Notes: generated by a model not told the origin, from the sequence alone. A stretch of 64,000 nucleotides of DNA from an uncultured Candidatus Saccharibacteria bacterium (GCA_964592365.1 CAZQDL010000001.1:13198-77197), one strand, 5' to 3'. Numbered from the stretch's first letter, positions 30,947-41,139 are shown. Numbers and translations are program-made.

Positions 30947-31017
30947 TGCGGGTGGAGAGAATCGAACTCTCGTCCTCTGCTTGGAAGGCAGATATTCTAC
31001 CACTAAACTACACCCGC
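30947..31017 (-). tRNA. tRNA-Gly(TCC)
   Basis: Cloverleaf; anticodon arm TCTGC-CTTCCAA-GCAGA; GTTCGA T loop; CCA not encoded. Confidence 0.95.
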
Positions 31018-31241
31018 ATATTCACATGCCACAAAGTGACATAAAAAGCATATTATCATAGGAACTGTTTTATGCAAACAAAATAACCATCAAAGATGGT
31101 TATTTTGCAGGATGTTCATGGCTAAAAAATTACCTATGTAACCCGCCACTCACAAATATAATATACATGAATTATTTTTTTTGTCAATTATTTAAATCCT
31201 GGTTGTTATCAATAGATCTTTGTGCTAATATCTTGCGTATT

Positions 31242-31314
31242 CGGGGTGTGGTGTAACGGCTAACATGCTTGTTTTGGGTACAAGTGACTCCGGGTTCGAA
31301 TCCCGGCTCCCCGA
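31242..31314 (+). tRNA. tRNA-Pro(TGG)
   Basis: CTTGT-TTTGGGT-ACAAG anticodon arm; GGTTCGAATCC. Confidence 0.94.
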
Positions 31315-31332
31315 CAACATTATTATTTTACT

Positions 31333-31458
31333 TGTTTCACATGAAACAAAATAAATATACTCAGTTTGTTTCACATGAAACAAGGTAAACATAGCCATAT
31401 TGTTTCATATGAAACAATAAAAAGTTATATATACCAACAAAAGGTTTCATATGAAACC
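31333..31458. promoter_or_regulatory. parS: Cluster of four parS-like palindromes
   Basis: TGTTTCACATGAAACA (31333, 31367), TGTTTCATATGAAACA (31401), GGTTTCATATGAAACC (31443) versus consensus TGTTTCACGTGAAACA. Confidence 0.85.
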
Positions 31459-31463
31459 TTTTT

Positions 31464-31513
31464 ATTAAATAATTATTAAGGACATTTTAAAAGACAAATG
31501 CATGTCCTTTATT
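31464..31513. repeat. Copy 1 of a ~55-bp AAGGACA/TGTCCTT element
   Basis: ATTAAATAATTATTAAGGACATTT is identical to the reverse complement of 36917-36940. Confidence 0.8.
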
Positions 31514-31529
31514 CCCACAATCCACTGAG

Positions 31530-31538
31530 TTATCCACA
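31530..31538 (+). promoter_or_regulatory. DnaA box
   Basis: Perfect TTATCCACA. Confidence 0.5.
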
Positions 31539-31620
31539 ATTGTCCAATAGAAGACCTGTGTCCTATGGAAAAGCTTGATTAATTAATAAAAGTATTTACA
31601 ATCAAATCGTTGGTTCAAAT

Positions 31621-31692
31621 CCACCTGTGGTGAAATGGATATCACAACGGTCTTCGGAACCGTTATTCCAGGTTCGAGTCCTGGCGGGTGGA
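31621..31692 (+). tRNA. tRNA-Arg(TCG)
   Basis: ACGGT-CTTCGGA-ACCGT anticodon arm; acceptor CCACCTG/CGGGTGG. Confidence 0.93.
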
Positions 31693-31723
31693 CATATATA
31701 TAAAAGACCTTTTGCAAGGTCTT

Positions 31724-33478
31724 TTATGCTAGGTACTTTCTGATGTCCTCCTTTGTTAGCCCAATCTTCTTTCCAGGATTGAATATATTATTAGGATCAA
31801 AGATATTCTTTATTTCTTTGAAAACTAACATCATTTCCTCTCCAAACATTTGTGGAAGAAAAGGGGTTCTTACAATACCATCATTATGCTCTGCAGTAAT
31901 GGAACCGCCGAGGCTTAGAGCCAAATCGTATACTTTCTCTGAAATTTCCACAATTTTATCCTTGTTTTCCTCTTTATTCATATCAACCAATGGAATTATG
32001 TGAAAATTACCATTTCCAAGGTGACCAGCAATGGTATACATGAATTCATCCTTATATTCATCTAATATTTGAACTAGTTTAGGAATATACTCAGGAAGAT
32101 ACTTAGGGTCCACAGCTATGTCGTCGATAAATGGGGCAGTACGTGTCCCTTGTCCCGTTTTTCTTGTCTTTAGTGAATGTTCAGTTAATAGTTTAAAGCT
32201 ATCATGTCTGAAATCCCAGTATTTTTGTGCATTTTTCTCGCCTTTTACGATAAATGACTTAAGCCCAGGTATTTCTCGTTTAAGATCATTAAGTTCGGCT
32301 TTTACTTCTTTTTCCAAAGTAAATCCGCTTGAATCAACACTTTCAGCAAGAACGACAAACTTTGGAACTCCTCCAGTAAGAGCCATCCAGAATTCTGGCA
32401 AAAATCTTATACTATATTTCATTGCTGAGAAGAAACCCTTGTCCTTTATAAAGTCCTTAAAGAATTTAATCCCTATTTTGAAGGTATTATCATCATAGAG
32501 CTCAATAGTTTCTAAATCATACTTGTTCAAAACAGTAACAATTTGAGGTAATTGTTGAATATCATCAACAAACATAACGATAAGTGCCTCTTTTTCCTCC
32601 TGTTTCACAAGCTTATACTCTATTTTCGTAATAATTCCAGTTGTTCCCTGCGATCCAACAAATAACTTTGTTAAATCAAAGTATCCATTACCAGCCTCAA
32701 AGGATTCAATAGAATCAGCTGATATTACATCCCAAATCAGGTATCCAGCAGCATTTTTAGCTGTTTTTGGCCTTTTTTCTTGAATAATTTCCCAGTTTTC
32801 CTTTATCAAAGCATATGTTTCACGTGATACCTTTCCAAATTCGCTGTCTTCAAGCATTATTTCCTCTAATTGCGAGAAATTAACTTGTTTCACGTGATAC
32901 ATATTCCCATCTGAAAGAATTACCTCAAGTGAATGTACAAAATCCCTGTTCTGACCATATTTTAGAGACTTTTCACCCGCACCATTATTAGCAACCATAC
33001 CTCCAATAGCGCAGAGCTTTCTTGATGCTGGAAATACTGGCATTATCAAATTATGTTTCACAGTTTCACGTTCAAAATCTATATATGAAATTCCAGGCTG
33101 TGAAACGGCTAGTCCTTCTATTTTGTATGGAAACCCCTTATGATGTTCCTGTGTTCCATAATCTCCTTTTGTAATTTCGTAGAAATTGTTTAAGTATCTA
33201 GTAATATCCAAAATAATCGAGTCATTCAATGAACCTCCTGTCATTCCTGAACCAGCAGCTCTTGGTGTTAAGCTAAAATTTGAGCCCTTACTGTTTTCTT
33301 GATTAACAAAAAGAACGAGTTTTTTGATATCTTCCTCATTCTTTGGATACACAACCATCTGAGGTGTAATTTTGAATAACGACCAATCGGTTGAATGGCT
33401 TTCTAAATCATCTTTATTTGTTGTAACATCACCTTCTAATATATTAGAGAGATGAATTTCTGCTTCTTGATATGTCAT
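31724..33478 (-). CDS. FAD-binding oxidoreductase (GlcD/D-lactate dehydrogenase-like)
   Basis: PRAAGSG, GGMVANN, VGSQGTTGII, GHLGNGNFH, AEHNDG, FDPNNIFNPGK. Confidence 0.88.
   Translation of the reverse strand: MTYQEAEIHLSNILEGDVTTNKDDLESHSTDWSLFKITPQMVVYPKNEEDIKKLVLFVNQENSKGSNFSLTPRAAGSGMTGGSLNDSIILDITRYLNNFYEITKGDYGTQEHHKGFPYKIEGLAVSQPGISYIDFERETVKHNLIMPVFPASRKLCAIGGMVANNGAGEKSLKYGQNRDFVHSLEVILSDGNMYHVKQVNFSQLEEIMLEDSEFGKVSRETYALIKENWEIIQEKRPKTAKNAAGYLIWDVISADSIESFEAGNGYFDLTKLFVGSQGTTGIITKIEYKLVKQEEKEALIVMFVDDIQQLPQIVTVLNKYDLETIELYDDNTFKIGIKFFKDFIKDKGFFSAMKYSIRFLPEFWMALTGGVPKFVVLAESVDSSGFTLEKEVKAELNDLKREIPGLKSFIVKGEKNAQKYWDFRHDSFKLLTEHSLKTRKTGQGTRTAPFIDDIAVDPKYLPEYIPKLVQILDEYKDEFMYTIAGHLGNGNFHIIPLVDMNKEENKDKIVEISEKVYDLALSLGGSITAEHNDGIVRTPFLPQMFGEEMMLVFKEIKNIFDPNNIFNPGKKIGLTKEDIRKYLA
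32816..32901. promoter_or_regulatory. parS: Two intragenic parS-like sites
   Basis: TGTTTCACGTGATACC (32816) and TGTTTCACGTGATACA (32886). Confidence 0.65.
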
Positions 33479-33538
33479 GTGTATAGTATATCACCTTAAG
33501 CATTTGTATTTTGTTTTTCAGCAAGTACACTTAATAGT

Positions 33539-35020
33539 ATGCATAAGGTACCTCAAGAAGTTCTTTGGACTATTCAACAACTACATACCAATGGTTACGA
33601 AGCATATCTTGTAGGAGGATCAGTTAGAGATATTTTCTTAGGTAGAAATGTAAAGGACTGGGATATAACCACAAATGCAGTTCCCGACCAAATTATTGAA
33701 GTATTTGAAAAAACTGATCGTAGAGTGGTTTATGAGAATAATTTTGGTACGGTTGGGATAGTTAATAAAGATTTGGATTTCAGCAGTTCTGAGTATGAAA
33801 TTGAAATAACGCCCTATAGGACTGAAGGGAAGTATTCTGATCACAGAAGACCTGATCAGGTAGAGTTTGCAGAGACAATTGAGGAAGACTTGTCGCGAAG
33901 AGACTTCACCATTAATGCAATGGCATATGATCCTATCAAAGACCTACTTATCGATATATACGGAGGAAGAGATGATCTTCAAAAAGGGGTAATTGCAACA
34001 GTTGGCGACGCACAGGAGCGATTCAGTGAGGATGCTTTGAGGATATTACGTGCACTTAGATTTTCTGCGCAACTAGGATTCTCTTTAACAGAAGAAACTA
34101 TTTTAGGAATAAAAAAGCAGGTACAGACACTTTCACATGTTTCAGCTGAAAGGAAACGTGATGAACTATTGAAAATATTTGATGCACCTCATGCAAAAGA
34201 TGCTTTTGTTGCTATGCAGAAATTTGGAATTCTTAAGGACTTAATTCCAGAGCTTGAAGAGGGGGTTGCCTGTCACCAAGGTGGTATTCATAAATTTGAC
34301 GTATGGACACACCTTCTTAAGTCTCTTGAGCATGCAACTGAAAGAAATTATTCTCTTCAAGTAAAAATTGCTGCTTTGTTTCACGATATAGGAAAACCAA
34401 GAACAAGAAGAAAAGCAAACGGTCGAGGAACAAAAGAGTGGACATTCTATGGTCATGAGGTTGTTGGTGCTAAAATTTCAAGGGATATAATGCAACGACT
34501 TAAGTTTCCTAAGACAATTTCTGATCCGGTTGAAAAACTTGTCCGATATCACATGTTTTTTTCTGATCCGGACAGTATTACTCTTTCTGCGGTAAGGAGA
34601 ATGGTAGCTAATGTTGGAGTTGAATTAATTTGGGAACTTATGAACCTTCGTATCTGTGATCGTATTGGTACAGGACGGCCCACAGAAAAACCATACAGGC
34701 TTAGGAAATATCACGCGATGATTGAGGAGGTTCTCAGGGACCCAATATCGGTTTCAATGCTTAAGATTAACGGAGATATTATGATTAAAGAGCTAAACAT
34801 GAAACCTGGAAAGAGAATGGGTTGGATACTCCATGCCTTACTTGAAGATGTTCTTGATGATCCAACTAAGAACAATCGTGAATATCTTGAAAAGAAGATT
34901 GGGGAACTTGAAATGCTTAGCGACATTGAACTTCAACAAAAAGGTGAAGCGGGGAAGGAGAAGAAGGATGATGAAGAACATAGAGAAATAAAGAAACTTC
35001 ATAAAAAGCATAATGTTTAA
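33539..35020 (+). CDS. cca: tRNA nucleotidyltransferase (CCA-adding family) with HD domain
   Basis: VGGSVRD, DWDITT, RRDFTINAMA, EDALRILRALRF, HDIGK. Confidence 0.88.
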   Translation: MHKVPQEVLWTIQQLHTNGYEAYLVGGSVRDIFLGRNVKDWDITTNAVPDQIIEVFEKTDRRVVYENNFGTVGIVNKDLDFSSSEYEIEITPYRTEGKYSDHRRPDQVEFAETIEEDLSRRDFTINAMAYDPIKDLLIDIYGGRDDLQKGVIATVGDAQERFSEDALRILRALRFSAQLGFSLTEETILGIKKQVQTLSHVSAERKRDELLKIFDAPHAKDAFVAMQKFGILKDLIPELEEGVACHQGGIHKFDVWTHLLKSLEHATERNYSLQVKIAALFHDIGKPRTRRKANGRGTKEWTFYGHEVVGAKISRDIMQRLKFPKTISDPVEKLVRYHMFFSDPDSITLSAVRRMVANVGVELIWELMNLRICDRIGTGRPTEKPYRLRKYHAMIEEVLRDPISVSMLKINGDIMIKELNMKPGKRMGWILHALLEDVLDDPTKNNREYLEKKIGELEMLSDIELQQKGEAGKEKKDDEEHREIKKLHKKHNV

Positions 35021-35102
35021 AAACACCATATTCTATGGTGTTTTTTCTTGCATCAGATTCCTCTATATATATACTTTAAGAGAACTTTAAAAATAAATAG
35101 CC

Positions 35103-35540
35103 ATGATACTGAAAAAATTAATCTATAAATTTTTAAAATATTTTTTCGCATTGAAAACAATATTTAGCATCTATATTGGATATCTGAAAATGTTTAAGGA
35201 AAATGATACAGAATTGATTAACAACTACCCTTGGTTCGTAATCATCACTGATATTCTTTTCTTTGTAATGTATATTATTCTTGTATTCAAATTAGGATAT
35301 TACTCTTCTGCCGTAAAAGTTGAAGAATGGATGTTTGATGAGTGGGTAGACAAAAAAATTCCTTCACCTCTTACTATCTCTATAACTTATATTGCTCTTA
35401 TGTACTTATGTTATCTTTTCGGAGACTGCATCACATGGTCATATATTATTGGAACCATCATATTCACTACAGCGTGGTTTCAATCGCCACACATACGAAA
35501 TGTATTCAAACGGGAATACAGGAATATGATGAATGCATAA
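35103..35540 (+). CDS. Hypothetical multi-TM membrane protein
   Basis: 145-aa hydrophobic ORF with upstream TTGCAT..TATACT. Confidence 0.55.
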   Translation: MILKKLIYKFLKYFFALKTIFSIYIGYLKMFKENDTELINNYPWFVIITDILFFVMYIILVFKLGYYSSAVKVEEWMFDEWVDKKIPSPLTISITYIALMYLCYLFGDCITWSYIIGTIIFTTAWFQSPHIRNVFKREYRNMMNA

Positions 35541-35563
35541 CCAACGATGAACGTCGTTGGTTT

Positions 35564-36379
35564 TTATATTACCAAACCTATAGGACAATGATCGGAACCA
35601 TAGACCTGATCATATATTTCTGCTCCTTTAATTTTGTCCTTAAGAATTTTTGATACAAGAAAATAATCGATTCTCCAACCTACATTTCTTTCTCGGGCAA
35701 AAGCTCGATATGACCACCAAGAATATTTTTCTTCATCTGGATTTAAATATCTAAAAGTGTCGATAAATCCTGCATTGATAAAATCAGAAAATCTTTCACG
35801 TTCTTGATCAGTGAATCCAGCGACTCCTGGTTTTGTTTTAGTAGTCATGTTGGCTTGATGATTTTTTAAATCAATTTCAGAATGAGCAACATTAAAATCT
35901 CCACACACAATCACCGGTTTTTTCTTTTCAATTTTTTGAAGATGTTCTAAGAACTTAATATCCCATTGTTCATATCGAAGCATCAAACGTGATAAATCAT
36001 TTTTACTATTCGGGGTATAAACAGTTACAAGATAGTGTTCCTCAAACTCAAGAGTAATCACTCTTCCTTCATTATCAAGTTCATGTCCAATACCATAACT
36101 AACTGAGATGGGTTCAACTTTTGAAAAAATGGCAGTCCCTGAATATCCTTTTTTTTGAGCACTGTTCCAATACTCAAATGGATAGTCTGAAAATGTTTGC
36201 GGTGAGAAAGGATCAGCATTCTCTTTTTTTGAAATAGAAAGTTCTTCTGTTTTTTGTGCATCTATTTTTGTTTCTTGCAGACAGAAAACATCAGGGGACT
36301 CTTTGGTAATAAATTCTAATACACCCTCCTTGTCTTTCCATGCTCGAATACCATTAACATTCCAAGAAATATATTTCAT
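35564..36379 (-). CDS. xth: Exodeoxyribonuclease III
   Basis: [37 protein letters not shown]. Confidence 0.95.
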   Translation of the reverse strand: MKYISWNVNGIRAWKDKEGVLEFITKESPDVFCLQETKIDAQKTEELSISKKENADPFSPQTFSDYPFEYWNSAQKKGYSGTAIFSKVEPISVSYGIGHELDNEGRVITLEFEEHYLVTVYTPNSKNDLSRLMLRYEQWDIKFLEHLQKIEKKKPVIVCGDFNVAHSEIDLKNHQANMTTKTKPGVAGFTDQERERFSDFINAGFIDTFRYLNPDEEKYSWWSYRAFARERNVGWRIDYFLVSKILKDKIKGAEIYDQVYGSDHCPIGLVI

Positions 36380-36408
36380 AAAATGAGTATATCGCTGAAA
36401 TACAATAT

Positions 36409-36437
36409 TTGACAAGTCAATTTTAAATTAGTAGTAT
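36409..36437 (+). promoter_or_regulatory. sigma70 promoter of the second dksA
   Basis: TTGACA-N17-TAGTAT. Confidence 0.65.
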
Positions 36438-36472
36438 TTTATTAAACACAAACAATTAAAAATTTACAACTT

Positions 36473-36838
36473 ATGGAAATTATTGAAAAGTATTCGAAAA
36501 AAGATCTTTTAATCTTCAAAGAAATTATTTTAAAAAAGTTAGAAACTGCAGAAAATGATTTAAAATTCTACAGTGGCATTAATCAAAATAATGGTACCGA
36601 CGATACGTCACCATCTTCCAAATCCTTTGATGAAAGTTCAAATGCAACGAGTAAAGAAATGAACATGCAATTGGCAACAAGGCAAGAAAAATTAATTAGA
36701 GATTTGAAAAATGCTCTCACAAGAATTGAAAACAATACTTACGGCATATGTCGCGGTACAGGAAAAAAAATCCCTAAGGAAAGACTTCTTTTGGTACCAC
36801 ACGCTACTATGTCTATAGAAGCAAAAAAAGTTTCATAA
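36473..36838 (+). CDS. Bacteroidota-type TraR/DksA family protein
   Basis: NNGTDDTSP, SKE.N.QLA.RQEK.IRDLKNAL.RIEN.TYGIC..TGK.I.KERL..VPHATMSIEAK. Confidence 0.85.
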   Translation: MEIIEKYSKKDLLIFKEIILKKLETAENDLKFYSGINQNNGTDDTSPSSKSFDESSNATSKEMNMQLATRQEKLIRDLKNALTRIENNTYGICRGTGKKIPKERLLLVPHATMSIEAKKVS

Positions 36839-36883
36839 AATTTTATTTAAAAAAACGCATGTCCTTAATTACATGCGTTTTTT

Positions 36884-36940
36884 ATTAAATAATTATTAAG
36901 GACATGTGTCCTTTAGAAATGTCCTTAATAATTATTTAAT
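36884..36940. repeat. Perfect 22-bp inverted repeat (copy 2 of the element)
   Basis: ATTAAATAATTATTAAGGACAT-N13-ATGTCCTTAATAATTATTTAAT. Confidence 0.9.
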
Positions 36941-36957
36941 GTTTCTCTGTTTCATAT

Positions 36958-37872
36958 TTACCCTTTCTTATGAAACTTCTTATGAACATCTCTCAGTTGA
37001 CGGTCAGTTATGTGTGTATATATCTGTGTTGTGGCAATGTTACTGTGCCCCAGCATAATTTGAACACTTCGTATGTCTGCACCGTTTCTCAGTAAATCAG
37101 TTGCGAAGCTATGTCTAATAGTGTGTGGCGTAACTCTTTTTGAGATCCCAGCCTTAATGGCAATCTGTTTCACAATTCGTTCCACAGAACGTGGAGTTAA
37201 TCTAATTGACTCTTGGTTCTCAAGACGTTTCACGAGACCTGGGCCTTCTTGAATAAATAGAGCCTCATCAACATCTGCTCTTGAAGCCATGTATTTCTTC
37301 AGTGAAACACGTGCCTCTTCAGACAAAAAGACAATTCTAATTTTTTCTCCTTTTCCTCTAATGCTGAATTCATCCTTGGATAAATCAAGATCCCTATTTA
37401 AAGAACAGAGTTCAGAAATTCGAAGACCAGTTGAAAAGAGAAGATTAATGATTGCATGATCACGTAGATGACTACTTGATACTTCAATCATACGTAATAG
37501 TTCATTTCCATCTAAATGATCAATATGCCTCTCTCCTACTTTTGCCAGTTCAATTTTGTCAGGACTATACGAAGAAATATTTTGCTGCATTAAATATTTT
37601 AGAAATACTCGAAGAGCAATGAGGTGATAATTTTGGGTTCTTTTCTTTAGCGTAGTTGCTGCCTGACCTTTTTGTTTTATTCCTGGTTGACGGTTCAAGT
37701 GTAATCTAAACTCTCGAATACATTCTGAGTTAATTTCACTTGTTGTTGAAATCTTACTAAAGTTAATAAATCGTTTGATATACCTTTTATAATTTACGAC
37801 AGTCTTAAGACTTCTTCCTTTTTCAATTTCGATGTACTCAAGAAAGCGAGTAAGTGCATCATTAATGTTCAT
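36958..37872 (-). CDS. XerC/XerD-family tyrosine recombinase
   Basis: TGLRISEL, GKGEKIR, HTIRHSFAT, LGHSNIATTQIY. Confidence 0.92.
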   Translation of the reverse strand: MNINDALTRFLEYIEIEKGRSLKTVVNYKRYIKRFINFSKISTTSEINSECIREFRLHLNRQPGIKQKGQAATTLKKRTQNYHLIALRVFLKYLMQQNISSYSPDKIELAKVGERHIDHLDGNELLRMIEVSSSHLRDHAIINLLFSTGLRISELCSLNRDLDLSKDEFSIRGKGEKIRIVFLSEEARVSLKKYMASRADVDEALFIQEGPGLVKRLENQESIRLTPRSVERIVKQIAIKAGISKRVTPHTIRHSFATDLLRNGADIRSVQIMLGHSNIATTQIYTHITDRQLRDVHKKFHKKG

Positions 37873-37944
37873 GTATATAGTATAGCAAACAATGTCGTAA
37901 AATTTTTTAGATTAGGTAAAAAATAAAAAGCAGGGAACTGCTTT

Positions 37945-38481
37945 TTATTTTTTAAATTTCTGATCATACAATTGAATTGATTTTTTTACCGCTTCAATTG
38001 CATCTTCCTTTCCTTTGATTCCTCTGATTTCTACAATCACTTCTTTTCCTTTGAGTTCTTTGTAGGTTTCAAAAAAATGTTTCCATTCTTTTACATTGTG
38101 CTGATTAAGATCTTTAAGATCTTGAACATCATCCCATCGCTTGTCATCAACAGGAACCGCGATCACTTTGTAATCTGATTCACCGTCATCAATCATTTCC
38201 ATAATTGCCACTGGTCTTACACGAACAAGAATTCCAGTTGCAAGAGGGAAGGTTGAGGGAACAATAATATCAAGAGCATCACCATCATCCCATAATGTCT
38301 GTGGAACAAATCCATAATCAAAAGGATATGGTGCTGAACTATAGTTTGCTCTATCAAGAGCAATCAATCCTGTCTCCTTATCAATCTCGTATTTGTTTGG
38401 AGATCCTTTTGGAATCTCAATAATACAATTCAACTCGTTTGGAATATTTTCTCCCCGAGGAATATCATGCCATAAATTCAT
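37945..38481 (-). CDS. ppa: Inorganic pyrophosphatase (family I)
   Basis: EIPKGS.NKYE, YGFVPQT, DGDALD, DYKVIAV, FFETYK. Confidence 0.95.
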   Translation of the reverse strand: MNLWHDIPRGENIPNELNCIIEIPKGSPNKYEIDKETGLIALDRANYSSAPYPFDYGFVPQTLWDDGDALDIIVPSTFPLATGILVRVRPVAIMEMIDDGESDYKVIAVPVDDKRWDDVQDLKDLNQHNVKEWKHFFETYKELKGKEVIVEIRGIKGKEDAIEAVKKSIQLYDQKFKK

Positions 38482-38560
38482 ATGCTTCTTAGTATAGGGA
38501 AAGTAGCAAAAAAATCTAGGGTAAACTTTATGGATTAATGCGCTGGTGTATACTATATAT

Positions 38561-41077
38561 ATGAAGAAATATTTTATATCCCTTGTGATCATTTCAGCCT
38601 TGGGCTTTTCTGTACAACCAAAAGAGGCTCAGGCTTTTGTAGTTTTTGAAAGTGGAACAAATCTATTTACAAACATTGCAACCACAGCTGAATCTATTTG
38701 GAATACCGCAGCTCAGGAAATTCTTCTGCCAGCGGTTGAAAGAATGATTGAACGAGAGCTTGAAAAAGTTGTTAACAAATCATTAAATCTTGGAGGGGAA
38801 TTACTGGTTACTGATTTGGATCAAGCACTACGTGGAACAGGTTATGCTGCTTTAGCAAATAGATTTAATAGTGCTAATAATTATTACTACCGAACTCTTT
38901 CAGAAAGTGGTATTTGTGCAAGAGACCAGGCTGGTTGTTCACTTAATCCAACAGAGCAGGCTGAACAAAATTATCGCCTCATGGAAGATGGATCGATAAA
39001 CTCAAAAAGAAGTGTTGCTTCAACTATTTCAAAAGTAGCTACAAAATCACTTTTCAGTAATGCTTTAGATAGGGTAATTAAAAGTGATCAAAAATTAATT
39101 AAGAATGAAGATTTTAATCAATCAAATTTTTGGGGAAATTATTTAGAAATTATCAACCCAGAAAGAACAGAGGTTGGAGTATCAGGAGTAGTAACGGGTA
39201 GTTTAAGTGCAGAAGTTACGACCTCTCGAGGGAATTTCTTACGTGACCTTCAAACTCCACAACGATTTCTAGATCAAAAGCGATGTATTGAGTATGAAGT
39301 AGATGACATTACGGGAGAACAGGTTTGTGTGAGGAATGTTACTCTTACTCCAGGAGCTCAAATTGCTGAGAAGGTAAACGAATCAATATTGAAAGATGAA
39401 CGTGTAGCAGGTAGTGCTGAGGGACTTGTTGGTATGCTTATCTCATCAGCAATTGGAAAGGTTACTGATGATTTGATTAGTAAAGGTATTGCTGGAATTA
39501 GTGGAAGACTAAGCGGAGGAAGTAACAATCAAGGGAATATTAATAATTCTGTATTTAACAGTTCAGGTTTAGGAAGATCTGAATTTGATGTCCTTGGAAA
39601 TTCTGTTGATAGTTTTCAAGATAATTCAACTAGGATTTATGATGATTTCCAAGTTGATGGATCTACAGGTGGGGGAGCTTCTATCGGTGGACCAGAAGAT
39701 GGTAACAGTGTTCAGATCACTATTGATTTAAGCGAGGTCATTGAAGAAAACATCCGTTTTGCTGAAGAAGAGCAATCATACTTTGATGAAATTCAATCAA
39801 TTAGAAATAGGAGTAAAGAAACAATCATAGCACTTGATCAGTGTCTGCCTTCTCCTCAATATGGCTGGGAGGAACGTTTCTCTGATATTTTTCAAACATC
39901 AGGAACCAGTGACTATAGTCTTTTGAATTCAATCGCTTTAAGTGAAACAAGACAAATGGTTAATGATCCATGGGTAAATATTCCAGGAGCTTCAGATATT
40001 AGACAATCAATTGATGGAGTTATCTCTGAGACAAAACAAGATCAAGCTCAGAACGCACAAAGAATCTCTGCTGTACGTGAAACTCTTTCAACTCTTCGGT
40101 TTATTAAAGATCAAGTAGTTTCAGATGCAGCTACTCTTGCTGCTTCAAATAGTAGCTTTCAAAATTTAGTGATGTTTGATGACCAATGGTCAAAACTAGG
40201 CGTGCCTGGACAAACAAATGCTTTTAATTCTGCAATAAGTAATAACTACTATTCACTTAAAACAGGTGAAACAGCTTCTTCTATCATCAATGAAAGAAAT
40301 AGCTTTGCTAGAGATATTGTTAAAACTAGATCATGGGACATCTGGAGAGAAAATACAGAGAAAACTAAAAAGAATGATTTGCGATATAGTTTCTTCGTAA
40401 TCCAAAACAAATTATCTAATGAAGAATTCGTAACTCGAGCACGTGTTTTGAAAAACCAAATTGGAAGTAAGTCTGAATTTTCAGAAAGCCTACTACAAGA
40501 TTGTTTTGTTTTCAGGGCATACAGCCTTGGAGCTAGCCAGGCAAATATTCAGCAGACGATAAATAGTAGTAACAACGTAGATGAATTGATTGCCAACTTT
40601 GATAAACTACTAGCACCATATCAAAATATTTCTCACCGTGGTTTCAAACAAGAGTTAACTTTCATTAATACAGATACTGCACGAGATGATGATGAGATTG
40701 GCGAATTCATCAATGATGAATATCAAAAGCAATTGCGTGGTGTTAGTTCGTTGTTCAAAACAACAACAATCACCGGAGCATTGCCAACTAGTATCCTAGG
40801 ATTTGCTAACGAATCAGATAAAGAAGAATACTTTGAAGAAAACTATCCTATTGATGATTTCAAAGATCCGATATCTTTCAACCAAATGAGTGTAAAAGAG
40901 ATGCTTCGTGCAGATAGATTTATCTCAACATATGGAAGAGCACGTGGAATTCGTGGTGTGTTATTCTGTAGAGTGAAAGGAGTATGGGATGCAGGAGCTG
41001 ATAACAGATCAATTTGTTTGCTTGATTGGTATACAACAAGTAATCTTGATTACAACGTTGCTTTTGCCGGAATATAA
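38561..41077 (+). CDS. Large secreted protein at the start of the T4SS-like cluster
   Basis: Signal peptide AQA-F; Cys pairs; TPGAQI motif. Confidence 0.6.
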   Translation: MKKYFISLVIISALGFSVQPKEAQAFVVFESGTNLFTNIATTAESIWNTAAQEILLPAVERMIERELEKVVNKSLNLGGELLVTDLDQALRGTGYAALANRFNSANNYYYRTLSESGICARDQAGCSLNPTEQAEQNYRLMEDGSINSKRSVASTISKVATKSLFSNALDRVIKSDQKLIKNEDFNQSNFWGNYLEIINPERTEVGVSGVVTGSLSAEVTTSRGNFLRDLQTPQRFLDQKRCIEYEVDDITGEQVCVRNVTLTPGAQIAEKVNESILKDERVAGSAEGLVGMLISSAIGKVTDDLISKGIAGISGRLSGGSNNQGNINNSVFNSSGLGRSEFDVLGNSVDSFQDNSTRIYDDFQVDGSTGGGASIGGPEDGNSVQITIDLSEVIEENIRFAEEEQSYFDEIQSIRNRSKETIIALDQCLPSPQYGWEERFSDIFQTSGTSDYSLLNSIALSETRQMVNDPWVNIPGASDIRQSIDGVISETKQDQAQNAQRISAVRETLSTLRFIKDQVVSDAATLAASNSSFQNLVMFDDQWSKLGVPGQTNAFNSAISNNYYSLKTGETASSIINERNSFARDIVKTRSWDIWRENTEKTKKNDLRYSFFVIQNKLSNEEFVTRARVLKNQIGSKSEFSESLLQDCFVFRAYSLGASQANIQQTINSSNNVDELIANFDKLLAPYQNISHRGFKQELTFINTDTARDDDEIGEFINDEYQKQLRGVSSLFKTTTITGALPTSILGFANESDKEEYFEENYPIDDFKDPISFNQMSVKEMLRADRFISTYGRARGIRGVLFCRVKGVWDAGADNRSICLLDWYTTSNLDYNVAFAGI

Positions 41078-41139
41078 AAAACCCTTATGGGTTTTTTATA
41101 TTCCATGACATTTTGAACCTCCTTCGCTATAATAGAAAC

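Noticed and set aside
31333-31458. Regularly spaced palindromic repeats resembling a mini CRISPR array
   Set aside because: Repeat (16-18 bp) and spacer (16-18 bp) are too short, no cas genes are present, and the sequence matches parS
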